Shown here: positions 20,872 through 29,000 of the stretch, in pieces | Layout: every line of letters starts with the position of its first letter | Numbering within the stretch: the stretch's first letter is position 1 | Assembly (NCBI RefSeq): GCF_000341395.1 | Contig: NC_020304.1 | Location: 2,730,001 to 2,762,000 of the forward strand | Reading direction: 5' to 3' | Length of the DNA: 32,000 bases | From: Desulfocapsa sulfexigens DSM 10523 | GTDB taxonomy: Bacteria; Desulfobacterota; Desulfobulbia; Desulfobulbales; Desulfocapsaceae | Notes under the pieces: generated by a model | The model's input: only the letters and a program-made list of their open reading frames with translations | The model's database searches: none | Told to the model about the DNA's origin: nothing | Program-made: the position numbers and the translations under genes

Positions 20872-22697
20872 TGAATATTTTAGGTATCAGTGCATATTAC
20901 CATGATTCGGCTGCTGTCTTGATTCGCGATGGTCAAATCATTGCTGCAGCTCAAGAGGAGCGGTTTACCAGGATTAAACATGATCATGATTTTCCCCATA
21001 ATGCAATACGCTATTGTCTTGCAGAGGCAGGTATTGAAGGTGAGCAGCTTGATGCTGTGACTTTTTACGACAAGCCGATCCTGAAGTTTGTAAGGATTAT
21101 GGAGACCTATTTTAGTGTAGCTCCCAGGGGACTGGCTTCTTTTATGAAGGCAATGCCACTCTGGACCAGGCAGAAATTATGGATCCCCTATTATATAGAA
21201 AAAGGCTTGGCAGGCTGTGGAGTCAGCACTAAAAATATTTACTTTACTCAACATCATGAATCACATGCTGCCTCTTCTTTTTATCCATCACCCTTTGATG
21301 AGGCTGCTGTTCTCACCATGGATGGAGTGGGGGAATGGGCCACGGCAACCATTGCCGTAGGTCGTGGTAATAAGATTGAGATGGTCAAGGAGCTCTGTTT
21401 TCCACATTCTCTGGGCTTGCTCTATTCAGCAATTACCTATTTCTGTGGATTTCGGGTCAACTCTGGAGAATATAAACTAATGGGATTAGCTCCCTATGGT
21501 TCTCCAAAATATGTGGATCGTATTCTTGAGAACCTTTTAGATCTCAAGGAGGATGGCTCCTTTCGCCTGGATATGAAATATTTTGGCTATATGGATGGAT
21601 TACGGATGACTGGTCCATTGATGGATGTGCTTCTCGATGGTTCTCCCCGCGAACCTGAAAGTCCTATCACGACTCGAGAAATGGATATAGCGGCCTCTAT
21701 CCAGGTGGTAACTGAGATGATAGTCCTGAAGATGGCTCGTTATACCCGTGAAATAACCGGTATGAAAAATCTGTGTCTTTCAGGAGGGGTTGCTTTGAAC
21801 TGTGTTGCCAACGGGCGATTGCTTCGAGAGGGAATCTTTGATGATATCTATATTCAGCCAGCATCAGGTGACGCCGGTGGTGCTCTTGGAGCAGCATTGT
21901 TGACCTGGTATCAAATTAATGATCAGCCTCGTAGCAGTAATAATAAAGATGATTCGATGCAGGGATCCTATCTTGGACCCTCCTTTGAGGACGATGAAAT
22001 CGAAGCCTACCTTAGGGCAAATAACTATGTGGCAAGAAAGGTTGAAGGAAAGGACTGGGCCCGTGAGATTGCCGGCTATATTGCAAATGAAAAAGTGGTA
22101 GGACTGTTTCAGGGAAGGATGGAATTTGGTCCACGCGCCCTTGGTTGCCGCTCTATTATAGGTGATGCCAGATCGACAAATATGCAGTCGACGATGAACC
22201 TCAAGATTAAATACAGGGAATCGTTCAGGCCGTTTGCTCCTTCATGTCTTGAGGAAAAGGTTGGAGAGTATTTCGATATTGACAGGCCATCTCCCTATAT
22301 GCTTATTGTTGCCGATGTCAGAAAAGAACGCTGTCTGGAGGTTGAGGGTGACAATACGGTAGTGTTTGAGGAACAGATCAACCAGTTGCGATCCGATATC
22401 CCGGCTATAACGCATGTTGATTACTCTGCTCGTATTCAGACGGTTTCTCCAAAAACGAATAAGCCCTACTATGATATTATCAAGGCTTTCGATGAATTGA
22501 CCGGCTATGGTGTGATAATTAATACATCCTTTAATGTCCGTGGTGAGCCCATTGTTTGTACTCCTGAGGATGCCTACCGATGCTTTATGCGGACTGAGAT
22601 GGATTGCCTGGTTCTTGGATCTTTTCTGCTTGAAAAGTCCGAACAGCCTGAATTTGTAGATAATGCCAATTGGCGCAATGAGTATCAGCTTGATTAG
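20871..22697 (+). CDS. Carbamoyltransferase (NodU/CmcH family)
   Basis: MNILGISAYYHDSAAVLIRDGQIIAAAQEERFTRIKHDHDFP, then HHESHAASSFYPSPF, LTMDGVGEW, CLSGGVALNCVANG, IQPASGDAGGALGAA, and the C-terminal NTSFNVRGEPIVCTPEDA. Confidence 0.92.
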   Translation: MNILGISAYYHDSAAVLIRDGQIIAAAQEERFTRIKHDHDFPHNAIRYCLAEAGIEGEQLDAVTFYDKPILKFVRIMETYFSVAPRGLASFMKAMPLWTRQKLWIPYYIEKGLAGCGVSTKNIYFTQHHESHAASSFYPSPFDEAAVLTMDGVGEWATATIAVGRGNKIEMVKELCFPHSLGLLYSAITYFCGFRVNSGEYKLMGLAPYGSPKYVDRILENLLDLKEDGSFRLDMKYFGYMDGLRMTGPLMDVLLDGSPREPESPITTREMDIAASIQVVTEMIVLKMARYTREITGMKNLCLSGGVALNCVANGRLLREGIFDDIYIQPASGDAGGALGAALLTWYQINDQPRSSNNKDDSMQGSYLGPSFEDDEIEAYLRANNYVARKVEGKDWAREIAGYIANEKVVGLFQGRMEFGPRALGCRSIIGDARSTNMQSTMNLKIKYRESFRPFAPSCLEEKVGEYFDIDRPSPYMLIVADVRKERCLEVEGDNTVVFEEQINQLRSDIPAITHVDYSARIQTVSPKTNKPYYDIIKAFDELTGYGVIINTSFNVRGEPIVCTPEDAYRCFMRTEMDCLVLGSFLLEKSEQPEFVDNANWRNEYQLD

Positions 22698-22872
22698 CAG
22701 TGAAGTAGCTGCCTGATTGCATTTGCCGTAATTCTGTGTAATATAGCTGCGTTCCTGGATATGGTGTTCAGGCTTGGTTGTCGACGGAAGAGGTTGTTCA
22801 GGCAGAAAATGAACAATTTAGACAGCTCTCGGTTGTCGAATGTTTTTAAGAAAAAAAAGAGAGAAGTAATTT

Positions 22873-23037
22873 ATGCATTTTATAAAACATTTGTTTTCCT
22901 TATTGGGTGAAGTATTTCAGTTTGCCTGGAAGAATAAGGTATGGTGGATAGTACCTGTAGTTCTGGTTTTTCTCGGTATTGGCCTCTTAATAGTTGTTGG
23001 TGAAACGGCTGCTCCGTTTATCTATACTCTGTTTTAA
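22873..23037 (+). CDS. DUF5989/SxtK-like small membrane protein (54 aa); below the ORF-track size cutoff
   Basis: Hand translation: MHFIKHLFSLLGEVFQFAWKNKVWWIVPVVLVFLGIGLLIVVGETAAPFIYTLF*. A single TM and the C-terminal APFIYTLF are characteristic of the DUF5989 family usually found beside carbamoyltransferase and SxtJ genes. Confidence 0.75.
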   Translation: MHFIKHLFSLLGEVFQFAWKNKVWWIVPVVLVFLGIGLLIVVGETAAPFIYTLF

Positions 23038-23052
23038 GCGTTTGTTGTATGT

Positions 23053-23095
23053 GCAGCACTGTTTTCCTGATACCCCGTTAGGGAAACAGTGTTGC
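23053..23095 (+). terminator. Strong stem-loop 16 nt after the DUF5989-like stop codon (candidate terminator or RNA-processing hairpin; no U-tract)
   Basis: gcagcactgttttcc (23053-23067) pairs with gggaaacagtgttgc (23081-23095). That is 15 bp including two G-U pairs, with a 13-nt loop. It is followed by agagagtaaat rather than a T-run. Confidence 0.35.
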
Positions 23096-23264
23096 AGAGA
23101 GTAAATACCGGGTGTTCCATGTGAGCCCAACGGTGAACCCCGTCAGGGTAGCTCTCTTGTATTCCTAAAAAGGAACTTTTTGCTTCCTCTTCCTACAATG
23201 GAAAAAATTCAATTTCCGCAGAAGCTGTATATTCTACTATTACTGATATCCAGAGGCCAGTGAA

Positions 23265-25874
23265 GTGCAATATCGTCCTGACATCGATGGCTTACGGTCA
23301 GTTGCGGTACTCAGTGTAATACTCTTTCATATAAATAATAGTCTGGTGCCAGGCGGCTTTGTCGGGGTCGATATCTTTTTTGTTATCTCCGGGTACCTGA
23401 TTACCACAATTATTGTTGGCGGCATTTCTAATAACAGTTTTTCCCTGGTCAGGTTTTATTCACGAAGGGTAAAACGCATTTTTCCTGCATTATTTTTGGT
23501 TTTGTTCTTTTCGTTACTCTTTGCCGTAGTGACCTTTGAACCAACAACCTATGATAAATTCTTTAAGGAATTGCGTTACGCAGCCCTGCAAATTTCAAAT
23601 TTTGTTTTTTCCCGGGAGATTGGCTATTTTGATGCCGCCAACGAAACATCTCCATTACTGCATACCTGGTCCCTTGGTGTAGAAGAACAATTTTATCTGA
23701 TTTGGCCAATATTCCTCCTCTTCCTGCACAGGTTCTGTAAGAACCGGATAGCACAGTCGCTATCAGTAGTTTCTATTATTTCATTTATCTACAGTGACCA
23801 TCTGGCTTCCTCGGCACCGCAAATTGCCTTTTATATGCTGCCATCACGGGCATGGGAACTCGGGATTGGTGGTTTGCTGGCTGTGTCGATGACGTCAATT
23901 AGCAAATCCAGATGGCTTAATAATTTGATCTCATTGCTGGGAGTGCTGCTGGTTCTGACCTCTGTCTGTGTAATTAACGACAGCTACACCTTTCCTGGGA
24001 AATGGGCTCTTCCACCGGTTATTGGGGCAGTACTTCTGATCTTCAGTGGGGCTTCCCGTAATACGGTTGCATATCATGTTCTGTCGTGGAAACCATTTGT
24101 CTTTATAGGAAAAATATCTTACTCACTCTACCTCTGGCATTGGCCAATAATTGTTTTTTACAAAGAGTTGATTGCCCCAGATATCAGTTTGACAGCAGGC
24201 ATAGCGATTCTGCTCCTAACTGTGATAATGTCCCTGTTGTCATTCTTTCTGGTTGAAAAGCCCTGTCGTTATGGGGTTTATCCTCAGGTTCCGCAAAAAA
24301 TATATACATATATATCAGAGACCACATTGCTTCGAAAAGTTGCATATGTACTGATTCCGGTGCTTCTATTACCCTTGGCTGCCACATCATTACTGTCCGG
24401 TTTTAATACAATTGAAGAAAATAATGAACTTACTTCCCTTGAAATAGAGGTCGAACTGATAAAAAGTAATGACCCATCAAAAAAGGAGGCCATTACTCTC
24501 TACTGGACTAACAGTGACGGTCATTTCGAGAAGAAGGCCTGGTCGAGACATTCTTATAGTCCTGAAAATGTAGTTAAAAACAATTTATATCGTTTTGTTT
24601 TTAAACTGCCGGACCTGAGTAAGGTTGGCACTGTCAGGCTTGACCCCTTGGATCACAAGGGAGTTGTACGTGTTATCAGTGTCACCTTGACAGAGGGGAT
24701 TTTCAATCTGCGTCGCAGTGTTGAAATGAGTGAGGTTGCGGCCAATATGTCTGGAGAATATCATCTACAGGCACGATATGAAAATGATGCTCTGTTGCTT
24801 GAAACCCTGGGGGAAGATCCTCAGATAATACTTTTCCAAAGTATTTCTAAAACCATTTTAGAAAATGCGCTCATATATTTGATCTTCTTAAGTATTTTTT
24901 CCTTAACCGTTCTTTCCATAATGCTTTTTGGTTCTGGGAATGAAGAGCTTGCTGCCATTCTCACGGGTAGCGTGATTATCATTCTACTCCTGTTGAGTTC
25001 TGCACGGTTACAATATTCCAGTCATGCAAAATGGCGTTTTCTTGATGATGAACAGGCCAGTTTTCTTCTGACAGAAACTCCCATGACAGAGCTGGCAACA
25101 TTTGCCAAGCCTGATAATCAGGACGTTATTTTGATAGGGGATTCCCATGTCGGGAGTTTTGCATGGCCAGTGGAAAGGTGGAGCAGAGAGGCAGGACTTT
25201 CTTTTGGCTTGTTCGGACTTCCAGCGTGTCCTCCTGTTTTTTATGACTATAAGTCTAATGTGAAAAGAAAAATTAGCAGCCAATATTCTGCCTGTGCCAA
25301 CTCTACCAATAAGATATTGAAGGATATAATAGACAATGACACTACACAATATGTTTTTATAGCTATCAGGCACGAGTTTTATATGGCAAATCCTGAGAAA
25401 CTTTTTCACCCAGATACCCTTAAAAATCTAAAGGGAGAAGATTCTGTCCTTGGGTTGTTTAAGGATTCCATTGTATACACAATTCAGGCATTGGTTGATA
25501 GCGGGAAGAATGTGGTTATTCTCGGTCAAGTTCCAGTTTTGGAGGAACTCCCGAAGACTTGCCTGAGTCGAAATGTCACATTGCTTGCAGCATTTTCCAA
25601 AACAAATAAATCCTCCTGTGACATGGATAAGGAGAAGAGTGACTTGAGATTGCAAGCGGGCAATGAGCTCTTTTTGGAAATTGCGGAGAAGAGTGAAAGT
25701 GTATGGTTTTTTGAATCAGGCAAATATCTGGAGACTATATTTGCCGATGACGGATCGATATTCTATTACGATGACAATCATCTGAGTCATAAGGGCTCCG
25801 TGTATATATATCCTTTTATTAAGGGCTCTTTAAAACAAGCAGATAATCATGGTTTTGGTAAAACTTCCTGGTAG
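23265..25874 (+). CDS. Fused AT3 acyltransferase - RLDP module - TM hairpin - SGNH domain protein (OafA/OafB-like O-acyltransferase with an inserted domain)
   Basis: AT3 signature: YRPDIDGLRSVAVLSVILFHI...GVDIFFVISGYLIT...HTWSLGVEEQFYLIWP...YSLYLWHWPI. The C-terminal SGNH-like domain has VILIGDSHVGSF and YYDDNHLSHKGS (DxxH). About 200 aa between them form the module plus two TM segments. Confidence 0.85.
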   Translation: MQYRPDIDGLRSVAVLSVILFHINNSLVPGGFVGVDIFFVISGYLITTIIVGGISNNSFSLVRFYSRRVKRIFPALFLVLFFSLLFAVVTFEPTTYDKFFKELRYAALQISNFVFSREIGYFDAANETSPLLHTWSLGVEEQFYLIWPIFLLFLHRFCKNRIAQSLSVVSIISFIYSDHLASSAPQIAFYMLPSRAWELGIGGLLAVSMTSISKSRWLNNLISLLGVLLVLTSVCVINDSYTFPGKWALPPVIGAVLLIFSGASRNTVAYHVLSWKPFVFIGKISYSLYLWHWPIIVFYKELIAPDISLTAGIAILLLTVIMSLLSFFLVEKPCRYGVYPQVPQKIYTYISETTLLRKVAYVLIPVLLLPLAATSLLSGFNTIEENNELTSLEIEVELIKSNDPSKKEAITLYWTNSDGHFEKKAWSRHSYSPENVVKNNLYRFVFKLPDLSKVGTVRLDPLDHKGVVRVISVTLTEGIFNLRRSVEMSEVAANMSGEYHLQARYENDALLLETLGEDPQIILFQSISKTILENALIYLIFLSIFSLTVLSIMLFGSGNEELAAILTGSVIIILLLLSSARLQYSSHAKWRFLDDEQASFLLTETPMTELATFAKPDNQDVILIGDSHVGSFAWPVERWSREAGLSFGLFGLPACPPVFYDYKSNVKRKISSQYSACANSTNKILKDIIDNDTTQYVFIAIRHEFYMANPEKLFHPDTLKNLKGEDSVLGLFKDSIVYTIQALVDSGKNVVILGQVPVLEELPKTCLSRNVTLLAAFSKTNKSSCDMDKEKSDLRLQAGNELFLEIAEKSESVWFFESGKYLETIFADDGSIFYYDDNHLSHKGSVYIYPFIKGSLKQADNHGFGKTSW

Positions 25875-25996
25875 GTTGTTCAGTGAAGTTTTTCAGTATT
25901 CCTGGGAGAAAAAAGTATGATTGGATTGTTTCCATTGTTTTAGTATCTTGGAATCTCTTTTGGATACTGGCGTCTGGTGTTTTTGGGGTAAATTAA
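25849..25996 (+). pseudogene. Second DUF5989-like mini-gene, frameshifted at an A6 run; overlaps the 3' end of the AT3-SGNH gene
   Basis: From ATG 25849 the frame reads MVLVKLPGRLFSEVFQYSWEKKV*. This aligns residue for residue with MHFIKHLFSLLGEVFQFAWKNKV of the 22873 ORF. The +1 frame continues YDWIVSIVLVSWNLFWILASGVFGVN*, compared with WWIVPVVLVFLGIGLLIVVG. The frames meet at aaaaaa 25909-25914. Confidence 0.55.
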
Positions 25997-26039
25997 AAGT
26001 ATCGGCATCACCGTATGTCGTTTGAACCATTGGGAAGAC

Positions 26040-29000
26040 ATGAATTTGGTCAATAGTAGGAAAAATTGGTATAGAGCTGGCGTCTTTTTGTTTTCTGCGA
26101 TTGTTCTTTTGCTGCTTTATTTCTTGTCGTTGCAGGGAGAAGTGACGATTGAAACAGATATTAATGATCGTTTTCAGATTTTCTGGTCCGATGGAACGGG
26201 CTACTATAGCGAAAATAACTCTGCAACAGAATATCCAGTTGAGTATCTCGAAAATAATACTGTAACCAGGTTCCGAACAGGTAACCTCTCTAAAATTGAT
26301 AACATCAGAATTGATCCATTGTTTGGCAGTGGAAAATTCAAGATTTTTTCTATTCAGATCTCTCAGCCGGGTTATAAAACGATGTCTTTTAGTACCCAGG
26401 GAGAACTGAAGCGCCTCATGCCAGTTAATCATTTGTCAGATTTCCAGGTAACTGAAAATGGCATATCGGCGATATCTAATGGTAATGATCCTCAGATCAT
26501 GCTGCCTTTTCAGGCAAGATTGTCCTGTTTTTGGGTACTATCCAGGCTTTCAGCTTCTCTTGCTATCGTTATAGTAGCTTTTTTTGTGGTGAAGAGTTGT
26601 TTCAAGCATAAGAACCTTTTTGCCGGCGCCATCTTTCTCGCGAATATCTTGATCGTTGGTTTGCTTATTCTTGGTTGGTGGACGAGCAAAGATAATACTC
26701 TTTTTCAGAATGGCCGATGGACTGTTGGTAAGGATGCAGGGAAGTTTGTTTTTCAGACCTATGAGTTTATGTCTGCACCAATGAGTGGTTCTGGGATTTC
26801 TCTTACTGCTAATATGGGGTTCCAGGAGATTACATATAAAAACCACGATAGTGATACTCGTCGTTTAGAAGAATTGTCCTGTCAGGTGTATATTGGTCCT
26901 CAAGCGTATGTCTGGGTTGAGCTGGAAAAAAAAGATCAACAGATGTTGGGTGTCAGAATATCACGAAATGGAGAGTATAAGAGCGGTTTTTACACCTATT
27001 CGTCTAAAGGAAAACTCGTCAGCAAACAGTTGCTGCAAATTCCCAAGGACATGCTTAATTCTTCGAGTCGTATTGTCCTTTCACGTCAAAATGGAACATG
27101 GACCCTGGCGGTTAATGACAGACAAATGGGATCGAGTTTAGCTATTGATAATAAAAACAGTACGTTCGGGTTTCGTGGCTGTACTACGGGACGAGAAATG
27201 TATTTACGAAATATTGAAATGAAGTTTGTTGATCCAGTCACAGAGAAAAGATGGGTTGAAACCGAGGATTTTGGGCCTTCTGCTTCAAAGCAGCGCAGTA
27301 CTCCCTGGATATTTGTTTTTGTTAGTATTGTGTTGCTCGTAAAAGCAGTTCGGGATGAGGTGTTGATGAATTATTTGCCATCAGATAAACACCATCGTTT
27401 CAGGCTGTTAAGTCAATTGTCCCTTTTCGTTCCAGCATCCGCGGCCTTGTTGTTCTTTTTTAGGGACTCCATTTATGCGACGCCATTCTCGTTTTTAGTT
27501 GCAGAGTTGGTGGTTGTTGTGGGGTTTGCTTTGTTTTTTGAACAGGAAAAGGTGCACCTGGGTACCAAAAAATGGTTGTCAGTGCTGTATGTCATTGGCA
27601 TCTTGCTGGTATCGGGATGTTCTTTTTTGGTGAACGATACGATATTACAATCTTCACAGAGAGTTTCCAATAAGAATTTGAGTCGTATTGATCCGGGAAT
27701 TTACATTACTACCCCTCAGGCTCCTCCAACAAAAGTGCCCTATGTAGCCACTGCGCCAATAGTGATTAAGGCCGGACAGCCATTTTTTGTTCCTGGTGTA
27801 TTCAGGGAGCAGGTGATTGACCTTGTTTTTTCCCTTCCTGAACAGACTACACTTGATATTGTTTTTGAACAGCAGGGTTTTGTCACGCGTGGAGATTCTG
27901 ATGGTGAAGCTATACCACTTCAACGTCGATTGCTTCGCTTGTCAACCAAGTCAGGTGTCGTTTCAGGCTTAAGTACAAAAACTGGAGTACGTTCAGCTCC
28001 CTTTATGAAGATTAATGGTGAGTTGTTGGTTCATGCGAACAATAAGGTATCTATTACTGTCACAAATAAAAGGGTTAAGCTGAATTTGAATGGTGTTCTT
28101 ACTACCTTTGATCAGTTTGGGTTGCTTGGTTTTGGGGAGACTGGGTTTTTGACTTATGAAAATTCAGTGAATTTGAAAGCTGTATCGGTCACCCCAACTG
28201 AGCTGAAAGCAGGTCCGGGTAACAAAATGTATTTATTTATGTTTTTTGTTCCTTTTGTCTTTGCATTCCTCCTGTTCTTTCTCTTTCGTCTGGCTGGTCC
28301 TGTTGCTTTATTCCCTACTGCGATTCTTGCTCTTTGTTCCTATTATCCAATAGTTGTGTTGTTAACTGCTGGTATGTTTCTTCCTTCTGGTAGTCTCCAT
28401 TTTCTGAGCGATGGAAGACTCGGGTGGTTATTTATAATGGCGGCGGCCGTTGCGGTAAATTTGTTTTGTATTCTGATCTACGCTAAGAGGCAGATAAAAA
28501 TTCCTGCCTTATATGCTAATCTCCTCTCTCTTATAGTCATTGTGGCAGTTGCTGGTTACGTCTATGTGATATTGCCAGATGATAATCCTATAAAATTGAG
28601 ATTTTCTCAAAATACAATTGCCCCAGGAGATATTGCTCATGCTGAGGAGAAGAAACATGTGCCCTGGTATGCTGACAATTCGTTAATCGGCACGAATATC
28701 TGGGTTTGGAGTCAACTTTTTGGTGGAGAGAAGGCAGTGCCGGGTTCAGGAAATACTAAAGATGCAGTACGAATATTTGTTATCGGCGGTAGTCAGGCCT
28801 GGGGCTCCGGTGCTGCAAATAGTGATAGTACTTTTTCAAAATTGCTTGAGAAAAAATTACTGGATAAGAAATTACCCGTTCAAGTGTTAAATGCTGGAAC
28901 AAATGCTGTGGGCCTCCAGACTATCACCCGGTCCAATAAACAGCTTTTACCAATTTATGAGCCTGATATTATAATTATTGATGTTGGGACCAATGACTCT

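Noticed and set aside
22761-22910. 49-aa + strand ORF (MVFRLGCRRKRLFRQKMNNLD...) in the spacer before the DUF5989-like gene
   Set aside because: It is highly basic and low-complexity with no RBS, and it runs out of frame into the start of the much better supported DUF5989-like ORF.
23172-23183. Possible sigma-54 type promoter (GGaactttttGC)
   Set aside because: The spacing between GG and GC is 8 nt instead of the canonical 10, and the flanking bases do not match TGGCAC/TTGCA.
25893-26432. 179-aa minus-strand ORF spanning the gap between the AT3-SGNH gene and the giant gene
   Set aside because: It overlaps the + strand DUF5989-like remnant and the N-terminal TM and module of the giant protein, which is homologous to three other modules in the locus. 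No RBS or family features are present, and it is the only non-IS minus-strand candidate in a strictly co-directional operon.
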